A DNA stretch of 64,000 nucleotides from Eubacteriales bacterium (GCA_045594085.1 JAZNXW010000004.1:230849-294848); one strand, 5' to 3'. Counted from the stretch's first letter, positions 28,586 through 38,216 are shown. Notes: generated from the letters alone by a model not told the origin. Numbers and translations are program-made.

Positions 28586-30667
28586 TTAACCGAAGATGTT
28601 GAACTGAACGAACAGCGCAGAGAGGAGAGACGCAACGAGCGAAACAACCGTGATCTGTGTGTTTATGGAGGGGCCTGCAGTGTCCTTGAAGGGGTCGCCG
28701 ACGGTGTCGCCGATGACAGCAGCCTTGTGGGCCTCACTGCCCTTGCCGCCTTCGTTGCCTGCCTCGACGTACTTCTTGGAGTTATCCCAGAGTCCGCCTG
28801 CGTTGGACATAAAGAGCGAGAGAAGCAGACCGGATACGATGTTTCCGAGGAGGAATCCGCCTACAGCCTTAGGTCCGCCGATGAATCCGACAGCGATCGT
28901 CGCGAGGATCGCAACGAGACCTGCGGGAATGAGCTCGCGGAGCGCGCCCGTCGTTGCAACATCGATGCATCTGTCGTATTCGGGCTTAACGCCTTCCTTG
29001 CCTTCCTTGAGACCGACGATGGTGTTGAACTGACGGTGGATCTCTGCAACCATCTTCTGTGCGTTCTTGTCAACGCCGAGAATAAGCATCGCGGAGAATA
29101 CTGCGGGGATAGCGGCGCCCACGAGGATGCCGAAGAATACTGTCGGGTCCATAATGTCAAAGCCGGAGATCGCTTCGAGACCGAGCTCGACTGCGGCGGC
29201 GTTGACCTCGGACATAAACGTGCCGAGAAGGGAGATGACGGTGAGTCCTGCGGCACCGATGGAGAAGCCCTTGGTTACGGCTTTAACGGTGTTGCCTGCG
29301 GAGTCAAGTTCGTCAGCGACGCGGATAGCGTCTTCGCCGAGTCCGCCCATTTCAGCGAGACCGCGTGCGTTGTCAACGATGGGACCGTATGCGTCGTTGG
29401 AGATGATCATAGCGACGATGGAGAGCATTCCGACAGCCGCCATAGAAATACCGAAGAGAGGATACAGACCGCCCATAGGCTCGCAGATCTTATATGCGAT
29501 AAGCGCGGAAACCGCGATGCCAATCATAGCGGGAAGTGCGGATACAAAGCCGTAGGAAACGCCGGAAAGAACAGTGAATGCAGGGCCGCTCTTTGAAGCA
29601 TGAGCAACCTTCTTGACGATCGGCTTGGTGTCGTCGGTGAAGTAGTCTGTTGCAAGACCGATGATAACGCCGACGAGAAGTCCCGTTGCGGAACAGCCGA
29701 AGATGCGCCAGGAGAAATCAAAGAGGAAGGTCGCGCCTGCGGTGAGGAGCAGGAACACGGCAGAGGTAACGTACGTGGACGAGTTGAGAGCGCCTGTGGG
29801 GGAGCCGTTTTTGGTGATACGTGCGGTTGCGATACCGATGATGGATGCAAGCAGACCGAGTGCGGCATAGCAGAGAACCATAATCATATTCACGTCGCCG
29901 CCGAGAGTCTGTGCGAGAACGAGAGCGGACGAAAGCGCCGCTACGTTGGAGTCGAAGAGGTCAGCGCCCATGCCTGCAACGTCGCCTACGTTGTCACCTA
30001 CGTTGTCAGCGATAACTGCGGGGTTGCGGGGGTCGTCTTCCGCGATGCCGAGCTCGACTTTACCCGTAAGGTCAGCAGCTACGTCAGCGGTCTTGGTGAA
30101 GATACCGCCGCCTGCCTTCGCGAAGAGAGCGAGAGAGCTTGCGCCGAAGGAGAATCCGAGAAGGATGGAGGCTTCACCTACGATCCAGAGGACGACGGAA
30201 ACGCCGAGGATCGCACAGCCTACAACGATAAGTCCCATAACGGAGCCGCCGCGGAAGCCGATGAGGAACGCGGGCTTGATGCCCTTCTTGGCAGCTTCTG
30301 CGGATCTGCCGTTGGAAAGGCTTGCAACTACGAGACCGAGCTTACCTGCGATTGCGGAGAGAACCGTTCCGCATATGTAGGAAACTGTCATAGCGATGTT
30401 CTTCCATACAGCCGTTGTTTTCCAAATGGGAGTGGGAAGAAGAACGAGGATGAGAAGCGCTACGACGAGAGAGAAGATCGCAAGGATCTTGTACTCACGC
30501 TTCATAAAGGTGTTTGCACCGTCTCTGATGAGTCCGGCGACTTCTGTGATCCTTTTGTTTTCCTGCGGCTGACGCTTTACCCAAACGTAAAGGTAAGCGG
30601 CAAAAGCAAAGGCGATCGCGGCAATCAGGATAGATATGCCGTAGAACATTTGAAGTGTAGGTGTCAT
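28586..30667 (-). CDS. hppA: membrane-bound pyrophosphate-energised proton pump (K+-insensitive-type signature)
   Basis: GDNVGDNVGDVAGMGADLF, DNARG and GDTVGDPFKDTAGPS motifs. GNTVKA (Lys variant) suggests the K+-independent class. Start trimmed to ATG 30667 after GGAGGG. Confidence 0.95.
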   Translation of the reverse strand: MTPTLQMFYGISILIAAIAFAFAAYLYVWVKRQPQENKRITEVAGLIRDGANTFMKREYKILAIFSLVVALLILVLLPTPIWKTTAVWKNIAMTVSYICGTVLSAIAGKLGLVVASLSNGRSAEAAKKGIKPAFLIGFRGGSVMGLIVVGCAILGVSVVLWIVGEASILLGFSFGASSLALFAKAGGGIFTKTADVAADLTGKVELGIAEDDPRNPAVIADNVGDNVGDVAGMGADLFDSNVAALSSALVLAQTLGGDVNMIMVLCYAALGLLASIIGIATARITKNGSPTGALNSSTYVTSAVFLLLTAGATFLFDFSWRIFGCSATGLLVGVIIGLATDYFTDDTKPIVKKVAHASKSGPAFTVLSGVSYGFVSALPAMIGIAVSALIAYKICEPMGGLYPLFGISMAAVGMLSIVAMIISNDAYGPIVDNARGLAEMGGLGEDAIRVADELDSAGNTVKAVTKGFSIGAAGLTVISLLGTFMSEVNAAAVELGLEAISGFDIMDPTVFFGILVGAAIPAVFSAMLILGVDKNAQKMVAEIHRQFNTIVGLKEGKEGVKPEYDRCIDVATTGALRELIPAGLVAILATIAVGFIGGPKAVGGFLLGNIVSGLLLSLFMSNAGGLWDNSKKYVEAGNEGGKGSEAHKAAVIGDTVGDPFKDTAGPSINTQITVVSLVASLLSALFVQFNIFG

Positions 30668-30845
30668 AACAACCCTCCGTATTGATAGTTTATACGAAAA
30701 GGGAGAAGTGTGCCACCAAAAAAGCATAAAAAAAGAGCCGCAGAATACGGATCTGTCACAAAAACTGCTTCTTCAGCTTTCAATCGAGATAAACCGACGC
30801 TTGTGCATCGGTGACAGACTCCACCACTTATTCCGATCAAAATTA

Positions 30846-30874
30846 ATATTAACACTTTGCACCGCACTTGTCAA
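30846..30874 (-). promoter_or_regulatory. sigma-A-type promoter of hppA
   Basis: Minus strand reads TTGACA, a 17-nt spacer, then TGTTAATAT. This leaves a leader of about 170 nt. Confidence 0.55.
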
Positions 30875-30905
30875 CGCATTTTGCCGATTTTTAATCAGGA
30901 AACGA

Positions 30906-30940
30906 GAAAAAGGCTTACGAATTGCCGTAAGCCTTTTTAA
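30906..30940 (-). terminator. terminator after the lipoprotein gene
   Basis: AGGCTTACG-AATTGC-CGTAAGCCT flanked by A/T-runs. Confidence 0.7.
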
Positions 30941-30952
30941 GTATTGAACTTA

Positions 30953-31657
30953 TTACTTAACCGTGATGGATGTAACGTGCGGGTTAGCGCCCTGATACCA
31001 GTAGAGGAAGCCTTCAACGTCAACGGTGTCGCCGACCTTGAGCTCGCCTACCGTTGCGTAAACTGCAGAATCGGTGCCGGTGAGGTAAACCTCAACGCAG
31101 AAGGAGTAGGATTTGCCATCCTTGCTGAGGGTGAGGTAGATGTCGTCGCCGGGCTCGCCGTTCTTGTATTCAACTGCTTCAACGGTCATGCCTGTGAACG
31201 ATACGAGCTTGTTCTGATGATCGATGAGCTCATCCTTGCCGAGAAGAGCGGTAACGTCAGTGGGCTCTGCTGTCCATGTGCCTTCAAGGATCTCGAAGGT
31301 AGCGTCCATGATCTCGATTTCGCCCTGCCATTCGCCCTTATGGCCCTTTACCCTGATCTTGGTGCCGGGTTCGAGCTTTGCAGCGTCTTCTTCGGTGCAA
31401 GCCATTTCATAAAGGAAGTAAGCGCCGTCCTTGTCCTGAGCGTAAACGGTGATCTTGCCCTGATTGATTTCGCTGTCGAACCACCAGGACTGATGAGCCT
31501 GAACGAAGCATTCAACGGTGACCTCGGTGTCGAGCTCTGCTGCCGCGTATTCTTCATAGGTCATTACGCCTTCGGATTTAGCGTGGATGTCCTCGCTGCA
31601 AGCGGCAAAGCCGAGCGTCATAATGCAAACGAGTGCAAGTGCAAGAATTCTTTTCAT
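30953..31657 (-). CDS. lipoprotein, function unknown
   Basis: MKRILALALVCIMTLGFAAC lipobox. 234 aa, beta-rich. It is the last gene of the sugar-ABC gene string. Confidence 0.65.
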   Translation of the reverse strand: MKRILALALVCIMTLGFAACSEDIHAKSEGVMTYEEYAAAELDTEVTVECFVQAHQSWWFDSEINQGKITVYAQDKDGAYFLYEMACTEEDAAKLEPGTKIRVKGHKGEWQGEIEIMDATFEILEGTWTAEPTDVTALLGKDELIDHQNKLVSFTGMTVEAVEYKNGEPGDDIYLTLSKDGKSYSFCVEVYLTGTDSAVYATVGELKVGDTVDVEGFLYWYQGANPHVTSITVK

Positions 31658-31749
31658 AATAATTCTCCTTTAATTAGTTGCGGATCTTTTGATCCTACAA
31701 GTCTATTATACACAAAAATGTCGGATATGCAATGTTTATTTCGACGAAA

Positions 31750-33339
31750 TTATGTCTTTTTCTTGCGTGATTTTTCCCGTATAACATAAGCGATTATGCC
31801 TATCCAGACGAGAACAAGCGCAATAATGAGTACGCGGGATTCAACCGGAAGCGGATCATCATCTCCGAAATCGGTGTTTTTGCCGAGTCCGCTGATCTGA
31901 TCGAGTCTGTAAAGAGAGGTAATGCTGTCGAAAAGATCGGATATGAATTCCTCATCAACCGTTCCGCCTCGGCTCACTGACTTGGAGACGTCCTCGATAA
32001 GCTGACCTGCGGCGTTGCGGAGCGACGCGGAGCCATTGAAAACGGGGGTGACGAATGTGTTTTCGGTGTTTTCGAGCAGGAGCTTTGCCGCATCGATTTT
32101 GATGCTGTAGTAAAGCTCGTTGTCCTCTCCGCTTCGGGAGAGGTAATCAACGTATTCATCCGAGGTCTGTGCCTTTGAGGTTACGGGAACGTAGCCCTCC
32201 GTTTGAGAATATGCGATCTGAACCTCATTCGTGAGCAGATACTGCGCGAACAGCCAGCTTGCGAGTACCTCCTGCGGATCGTCCTTGTTAAAGATGCAGA
32301 CGGAGGGACCCTGAGAGATCATCTGCGGATTCTCGGGATCGTATTGTGGTATCGGCATAACGACGGTCTCGAATTTCACGAGCTTGTCCTCGCTTATATC
32401 TATGAGAGGCGCTTCGCTGCCCATCCAGGTTGCGCCCGCCGTTGAATCGATTGCGAAGATGCACTGACCTGCGTTGAGGAAGTTTGCGGGGTAACCGATG
32501 CGCTTGAAGGTCGAAAATGCGCCTGTACCCGTATGCTCGGCGACGGTGTGAAGAATGTCCTTGGTCGTGTTGTTGAACAGCTCAACCGAGCCATCATCGG
32601 TCGAATAGCCTGCGCCGAGCTGACGCAGGGATTGGATCATCATATTGTCCGTTGATTTGTAAATGAACGGGATCATTACGTTCTGACCGTTGACGACGTA
32701 GGTGCCGTCGTCGTTTTTCGCTGTTGCGGCGTCGGACACTTCCCAGATGAAGTCCCACGTCAGTGTTTCGGGCAGCTCATATCCGAGTGCCTCGACGTAG
32801 GTTTTGTTTATGTAGCAAGCCTCGGTCGAACGCATAAACGGAAGCGCGTATTGGATTCCGTCGATAACGCCCTCGCCGAGAAACTGCGGGATGATCTCGT
32901 CAGCCGTCGGCGCGTCGAAGCGAAGCTCCTCGCCGCCGAGACCGTAACGCCCGTCGGACATAAGTCCGTCAAGCGGAAGCACGATGTTTTTGCCCGTCAT
33001 ATACGTCGCGATGTGGTCGGGATACGTGATGCAGACGTTGGGCGTCGTGTTTGTCGAGATGTTTGTTATGACGTCGTTGTATATTCGCGTGTAGTCGGTG
33101 TAGAGACGCAAGTTTACCTTCACGTTCGGGTAAAGCGCCTCGAATCCCGCGATCGCATCGTGATAGATCTCGACCTGTGTTATATTTGTGTCGTTTTTTG
33201 CCCAAAACGTGATCTCGTATTCCGTTTCGGTGTCAAACGAATCGGGCATCACGAAGGGATCGGGGCCGCGTGAGCCGTGACATCCGGAAAGAAGGAGCGC
33301 GGCAAGCGCGAGAATGAGAGGAAGGATGCGTTTTTTCAT
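31750..33339 (-). CDS. ABC transporter extracellular solute-binding lipoprotein (large sugar-binding type) with extra C-terminal TM helix
   Basis: Lipobox LLLSGC. 529 aa, resembling the large family-1 SBPs of Firmicutes. The C-terminus is RVLIIALVLVWIGIIAYVIREKSRKKKT. Confidence 0.8.
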   Translation of the reverse strand: MKKRILPLILALAALLLSGCHGSRGPDPFVMPDSFDTETEYEITFWAKNDTNITQVEIYHDAIAGFEALYPNVKVNLRLYTDYTRIYNDVITNISTNTTPNVCITYPDHIATYMTGKNIVLPLDGLMSDGRYGLGGEELRFDAPTADEIIPQFLGEGVIDGIQYALPFMRSTEACYINKTYVEALGYELPETLTWDFIWEVSDAATAKNDDGTYVVNGQNVMIPFIYKSTDNMMIQSLRQLGAGYSTDDGSVELFNNTTKDILHTVAEHTGTGAFSTFKRIGYPANFLNAGQCIFAIDSTAGATWMGSEAPLIDISEDKLVKFETVVMPIPQYDPENPQMISQGPSVCIFNKDDPQEVLASWLFAQYLLTNEVQIAYSQTEGYVPVTSKAQTSDEYVDYLSRSGEDNELYYSIKIDAAKLLLENTENTFVTPVFNGSASLRNAAGQLIEDVSKSVSRGGTVDEEFISDLFDSITSLYRLDQISGLGKNTDFGDDDPLPVESRVLIIALVLVWIGIIAYVIREKSRKKKT

Positions 33340-34211
33340 CCCTTTGTACCTCCTCTCGCAACGCCTTCCATGATCTTGTTACGGAAGATGAGGAAAAGCA
33401 CGATGAGCGGCACGGAAATAACTACGACGGCAGCCATCATCGCGGGGATGTTTTCGCGTCCGAAGCCGTTTTCGCGTATCTCCTGGATTCCGTTTGAAAC
33501 GAGAAAGTATTTCTGATCGTCTGTGATGAGTCTCGGCCATACGTAGCTGTTCCAGCATTCGATGACCTTAAGGATCGTGATCGTTACTACTGTGGGACGG
33601 CATATAGGCAGAAGCACGCGCCACAGATACTTGAAATTGCCGCATCCGTCTGCTTTTGCCGCGTAGTAAAGCTCATCGGGCACCTGCGCGAAATTTTCCT
33701 TTAGCAGGTAGATATAGAATACAGCGGTTACGGACGGGAGAATAAGTCCCGCAAACGAGTTTTTCATGTCAAGATTCGTCACGGTGACGTAGTTGGTGAT
33801 GACAACGAGCTCGCTCGGGATCATCATCATTGAAAGAAAGAGGGTGAATGCGAGATCGCGACCCTTGAATTTGAGTCTTGCAAAGGCAAATGCGGCGAGC
33901 ACCGTGACTATCAGCATCAGCGCCGTCGTTACGACGGTGAAAATGACTGTGTTGACAAGATAGTCCGCGAGAGGGACGGCGGTGAAGACGTCTTTGTAAT
34001 TTTCAAGCGTCGGGGAGAGGGTGTAGAGCTTGGGGATGTATTCGCTGTTGTATGCTCCGTAGCCCTTGACGGACGTGAGAAGCATCCAATAAAACGGGAA
34101 GAGCACTGCTACTGCCCAAACTGCGAGGAAGAAATATACGATCGATTTGATAACGAGTTTTTTGCGGGCCTGAGCACGCTCGATTTTTTCAAAATCGGGA
34201 TTTGTTGTCAT
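33336..34211 (-). CDS. carbohydrate ABC transporter permease (MalG-like)
   Basis: Six TM segments and the EAA loop YYAAKADGCGNFKYLWRVLLPICRP. It overlaps the SBP start by 4 nt. Confidence 0.9.
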   Translation of the reverse strand: MTTNPDFEKIERAQARKKLVIKSIVYFFLAVWAVAVLFPFYWMLLTSVKGYGAYNSEYIPKLYTLSPTLENYKDVFTAVPLADYLVNTVIFTVVTTALMLIVTVLAAFAFARLKFKGRDLAFTLFLSMMMIPSELVVITNYVTVTNLDMKNSFAGLILPSVTAVFYIYLLKENFAQVPDELYYAAKADGCGNFKYLWRVLLPICRPTVVTITILKVIECWNSYVWPRLITDDQKYFLVSNGIQEIRENGFGRENIPAMMAAVVVISVPLIVLFLIFRNKIMEGVARGGTKG

Positions 34212-34228
34212 ATTGATCGCCTCCTTTG

Positions 34229-35119
34229 TTAATAATGGACGTGCTTACGGCTGATAAGCAGGTTGATGGAGGTGATGGTGAGGACGATTGCGAAAAGTAT
34301 GATCGCGGCGGCGGATGCATACGAGGGGTAGCCGCCGCTGTTGCCGTAGAGCATATCGTAGACGTAACCGACGATGGTGTTCATCTCCGTCTCGTTCAGC
34401 TTTGTGCCGAAAAGCGCGACAGCATCGCTGTATGCCTTGAATGCGCCGATGAAGCCCGTGATGATGAGATAAAACAGCGTTGGCGAGATCATCGGTACGG
34501 TGATGCGGAAGAAGATGCGCGAGCGCGACGTTCCGTCTACCTTCGCGGCGTTGTAGTAGTCCTCCTTGACGGATGCGAGCGCAGAGGTGAGAAGCAGGAT
34601 CTTGAAGGGGAGCACTACCCACACGGTGTATACGCACAAAACGAGCATTTTTGCCCAATACGGTCCGTCAATGAAATCGACGGGCGACATACCGAACAGG
34701 CTCAGGATGAGATTTATAAGTCCGTCCGTATAAGGCGTCTTTTTGAACAGTATCATAAAGACGAGACCGACTGCGAGCGTGTTTGTTACGTAGGGGAGAA
34801 AATATATGGTCTGGAAAAGATTCCTGAGCTTTTCGATCGAGTTGAGCGCGAGGGAGATCAGAAGAGCGAGTCCCGTTGATACGGGCACGGTGATTATAAC
34901 GAGTATGAAGGTGTTTTTGAGTGACTGCAAAAAGTACGGATCGCGCAGAACGTAAGAATAGTTGAACGTGCCGACTCCAACGAAGGTTTGAGAGGCGGAG
35001 TTGTATCCCTCCTCAAATGAATAAACGAATACGTCTATTAAGGGATAGACCATAAATACGCCGAGAAAAATTATCGCGGGCAGAAGATACAGCCAGCCGA
35101 TGCGGTCGTTGTTGTCCAT
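34229..35119 (-). CDS. carbohydrate ABC transporter permease (MalF-like)
   Basis: EAA loop YNAAKVDGTSRSRIFFRITVPMISP. Start trimmed to ATG 35119, 5 nt after AGGAGG. Confidence 0.9.
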   Translation of the reverse strand: MDNNDRIGWLYLLPAIIFLGVFMVYPLIDVFVYSFEEGYNSASQTFVGVGTFNYSYVLRDPYFLQSLKNTFILVIITVPVSTGLALLISLALNSIEKLRNLFQTIYFLPYVTNTLAVGLVFMILFKKTPYTDGLINLILSLFGMSPVDFIDGPYWAKMLVLCVYTVWVVLPFKILLLTSALASVKEDYYNAAKVDGTSRSRIFFRITVPMISPTLFYLIITGFIGAFKAYSDAVALFGTKLNETEMNTIVGYVYDMLYGNSGGYPSYASAAAIILFAIVLTITSINLLISRKHVHY

Positions 35120-35193
35120 ATTTGCCTCCTTTTGCTTTTGAGAGTACACGTTTAATTTTATCCTGCTTACACCGTCAAGTCAACGGGTTGAAG

Positions 35194-35224
35194 CAAAAAA
35201 AGACCGCTTTGCGGTCTTTTTTCG
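35194..35224 (-). terminator. terminator after the GT2 gene
   Basis: AAAAAAAGACCGC-TTT-GCGGTCTTTTTT. Confidence 0.7.
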
Positions 35225-35225
35225 G

Positions 35226-36218
35226 TCAGCTTACGGCGTTGTGAAGGCGCACAAGAAGGTGCGCTTGGTTGAGACGGCCTCCGGAAAGCGCGTAGAGGAG
35301 AGTCCGTTGGCGTGCGTTAAGACGGCGGATATACGGCTTGCGCTCAAAATCGGGGAATCTATCTCTCACGTATGCGATAAGCTCGCGGACGAGCGCAAAT
35401 GATTCCGATCCCGCACCGCACGAAAGAACACGGACGGATGCGGCGAGAAGCACGTGAGTGACCGCGAGATGCGACAGCTCAGAGCGGTAGGTATCCGTGA
35501 GGCTGAGCGCATCAAAGCGAGAGATGAGCAGATCAAACGCGGTCATAATGTCACGGTTTTTGTCGGGATCTGTGTCTGTCATGATCGAGCCGGCGCGACT
35601 GCGATAAACGTAGAGCGCCTCACCGATCGAGCATATCGAGCCTGCGGCGGCGAGAAGCGCGGGGACCGTTGCGAGGTCCTCATATCGCAGACGGGACGGA
35701 AACGCGATCGCGGTGCCGGACAGAAACTCGCGCCTCCAAGCGCGCGACCACGCAGACGGAAGCGAGAGCAGACGCTCGGGGCGCTCTCGCACAGTGTAGG
35801 TGCCGTCCGCTCGACAGATGCTTTCTCGGTGAAGTGTGTCTGTGCCGCTTTCGCCGCGGATTATGAATCCAAACTCTATAACGTCCGGACGGCCGTGCTC
35901 TTCGGCGGCGGAGATGACGGACGGAATTGCGTCCTCGGTGAGAAGATCGTCGCTGTCGAGGAAAAGCACGTACTCGCCTTCGGCGTGAGCGAGCCCGAGC
36001 TCGCGTGCGCCTCCGAGGCCGCGTTTTTCACTGTGGATGACGCGCACGTTGCTCCGCTCGCGTGCGATCTCGTCGCACAAGGCGGAAGATGCCGCGTCAT
36101 CGGAGCCGTCGTCAACGAGTATGATCTCGACATTGTCGTGATGTCCCGCAGATTCAACGCATTCGCGGAGATATTCGGATGTGTTGTATACGGGAATGAT
36201 AACGGAGAGTGAGATCAT
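35226..36218 (-). CDS. glycosyltransferase family 2
   Basis: SVIIPVYNTSEYLRECVES, VDDGSDD and FLDSDD motifs. Confidence 0.9.
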   Translation of the reverse strand: MISLSVIIPVYNTSEYLRECVESAGHHDNVEIILVDDGSDDAASSALCDEIARERSNVRVIHSEKRGLGGARELGLAHAEGEYVLFLDSDDLLTEDAIPSVISAAEEHGRPDVIEFGFIIRGESGTDTLHRESICRADGTYTVRERPERLLSLPSAWSRAWRREFLSGTAIAFPSRLRYEDLATVPALLAAAGSICSIGEALYVYRSRAGSIMTDTDPDKNRDIMTAFDLLISRFDALSLTDTYRSELSHLAVTHVLLAASVRVLSCGAGSESFALVRELIAYVRDRFPDFERKPYIRRLNARQRTLLYALSGGRLNQAHLLVRLHNAVS

Positions 36219-36291
36219 CGCTGCCTCCTGACTCTGAAAACGGCAATTTTGCGGTTGTAGTCAACTGTCTAATCTATGATAGGCAATTGCA

Positions 36292-37602
36292 TTAGTTGAG
36301 GAAATCCTTGCTGTGGCTGTGCTTTTGCGAGTGTGCGTACAAAACCGCAAGCGCGACGGCAAGATAAAAAGATGCGTTCGGACGCCGAAGCACTCCCGCT
36401 GTAAAATATGCGTGAACGACTCCGCATGCAAGTGCCGCGAACGCCGCGATCTGATAATGATCGATGCCGCAGGGGTGCTTCAGCACAGCTCGTGCGAACG
36501 GAAAAGCAAACGCAAGGGCGAAAGCCAAAAGCAAGATAAGACCGACGCTGCCACAAAGGAAATAGATCCCGTGAAAGTCGTTTTCGGCATCGAAATTTGT
36601 TCCGCCGAACGTCATGGACGGAAGATCAAGCCCGAACGCGCGGCACATCGGACGCTCGGACATAAGAAGACGGGAATACGTTATTTTGGCGAGTCTTGAA
36701 TCGGTCAGCACGGAGGTATCAAGCGTTTCGCCGTATGCGGCGAAAACGGCATCAAAGCCGAAGCGGTCGGTGAGCGCGCGAAGATAGTGACGGTACAGAT
36801 CCTCGGCATTGCCGTGCATCAAAACGGATTCTGTAATGCTTTCTTTTATCGCGGCGTTTTCGTCCACCTTTTGTCTGTTCGACATCATGGGGGAGAGCCA
36901 AAACAGTACCGCGGCAAGTACGGGCGCGACGAGAAATATCGCAGGTGAAACGATACGTTTGCGGCATCCGCGAAAGACAAGCTCTCCGATGAAAAACGAA
37001 AACGCAACTCCGAAGATCGCGGCGTAGGCGAGCCTCGTTGCAAGAAAAAACAGTGCCGCGGATCCGAGCATTGACACTGCCAAAACGGCAAGCGTTGGCT
37101 TTTTGCTCCTTTCCGATGCGTACGCGAGCGCAAACGGAAACGCCATCGAGACGATCGCGCTTTGCGAGTTTGTGCCCGAAAACCAACCGAGCGTACCGAT
37201 CATTTTGCCCGGATACGTGTGCGGATCCGTGCCTGTCAGCGTGCTGGCGAGCATCACCGCGATAATGACGGCGAGGGCCGCCGTGACCGCGCCGAAGACG
37301 GCGGGTAAGGTCCGCTTGTCCGCGTCGATAAGAGCGGCAAAGCTGACTGCGGTGACCGGAAGAGAAAATATTCGGACGAGGTTGACGGCGTCGGCGGCAG
37401 ACGGAGCCGCGTAGACGGAGGAAAATGCGAAATGAAGCAGAGCGAACACCGCGAGCGCGCAGAACGTGACGTAAAACGCTCGCTTTTGCCGCGCGGCGGT
37501 AAATCCGACGGCGGCAGTCGCCGCAAGCACGCACAGCCGAAGCGCGGAAGAGATAGCGCTCGAGCGGTTTGTGACGATCAAAAAATACGACAGAAGGTCC
37601 AT
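36292..37602 (-). CDS. O-antigen ligase/polymerase-like polytopic membrane protein
   Basis: 436 aa with 10 or more hydrophobic helices and one larger loop. The general Wzy_C-like layout sits next to a GT2 gene. The family call comes from architecture only. Confidence 0.6.
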   Translation of the reverse strand: MDLLSYFLIVTNRSSAISSALRLCVLAATAAVGFTAARQKRAFYVTFCALAVFALLHFAFSSVYAAPSAADAVNLVRIFSLPVTAVSFAALIDADKRTLPAVFGAVTAALAVIIAVMLASTLTGTDPHTYPGKMIGTLGWFSGTNSQSAIVSMAFPFALAYASERSKKPTLAVLAVSMLGSAALFFLATRLAYAAIFGVAFSFFIGELVFRGCRKRIVSPAIFLVAPVLAAVLFWLSPMMSNRQKVDENAAIKESITESVLMHGNAEDLYRHYLRALTDRFGFDAVFAAYGETLDTSVLTDSRLAKITYSRLLMSERPMCRAFGLDLPSMTFGGTNFDAENDFHGIYFLCGSVGLILLLAFALAFAFPFARAVLKHPCGIDHYQIAAFAALACGVVHAYFTAGVLRRPNASFYLAVALAVLYAHSQKHSHSKDFLN

Positions 37603-37798
37603 TATCGGCTGAATCAGGACGATTGCGGCGGCATAGATAGGGACAAGCCCGCGTATGGGCAGCTCTTTTTGCGTTGACGTAAAAAACGCCCCCTTTTTCG
37701 TTTATTTTTATTATATTACCGATCGTCCCGAGTGTCAATCAACGGCGAGGCAATAAAAATAAAAACCGTTCGTGCGGATGCGACAAAATGCGAGGGGA

Positions 37799-37827
37799 TT
37801 GGCAAACGGCTTTGGCTATGTTACAAT
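37799..37827 (+). promoter_or_regulatory. sigma-A-type promoter of the short XRE gene
   Basis: TTGGCA, a 17-nt spacer, then TGTTACAAT. Confidence 0.5.
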
Positions 37828-37937
37828 GAACTCAACGTAAAGTTGAGCATAGCTCATTTTTGAGTCGCTTCTTTTTCTGCTCTCTGTGTGCGAAAATACA
37901 GTTACAGTACCGAAAGGCGCGATTTGGAGGGGAAATA

Positions 37938-38216
37938 ATGAAAGAAACGATTGGACAGATCATTCGCAGATTGCGCAAAGAAAGAAATCTTACACAAGAA
38001 GAGCTTGCCGAACAGCTTGGTGTTACGTTCCAAACTGTATCAAAATGGGAAAACGACACCGGAATGCCCGACATCTCGCAGGTCGCGCCGATTGCAAACG
38101 TGTTTGGCGTGACGACGGACGCACTGTTCGGGATGAATAGCACTGATGCCTCGCAGACGCAGAGACTCTTGAACGCGGCGAATAACAAAAAACCACCCGT
38201 GAGGGTGGTTTTTTGA
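37938..38216 (+). CDS. XRE-family HTH protein (short, 92 aa)
   Basis: ATG 37938 follows GGAGGGG. IGQIIRRLRKERNLTQEELAEQLGVTFQTVSKWENDTGMPDISQVAPIANVFGVTTDALFG parallels the HTH of the 217-aa regulator at 17168. Confidence 0.8.
   Translation: MKETIGQIIRRLRKERNLTQEELAEQLGVTFQTVSKWENDTGMPDISQVAPIANVFGVTTDALFGMNSTDASQTQRLLNAANNKKPPVRVVF
38191..38216 (+). terminator. terminator overlapping the last codons of the short XRE gene
   Basis: AACCACCC-GTGA-GGGTGGTT followed by TTTT. The stop codon TGA (38214-38216) lies at the end of the T-run. Confidence 0.65.

Noticed and set aside
31750-31870. PLPVES followed by a hydrophobic stretch and a basic tail at the SBP C-terminus, resembling a sortase sorting signal.
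   Set aside because: The motif lacks the TG of LPXTG (and of the SPXTG/NPQTN variants I know). The protein is already a lipoprotein. The 986-aa protein with a similar tail has no LPXTG-like motif either. I treat it as a plain TM anchor.
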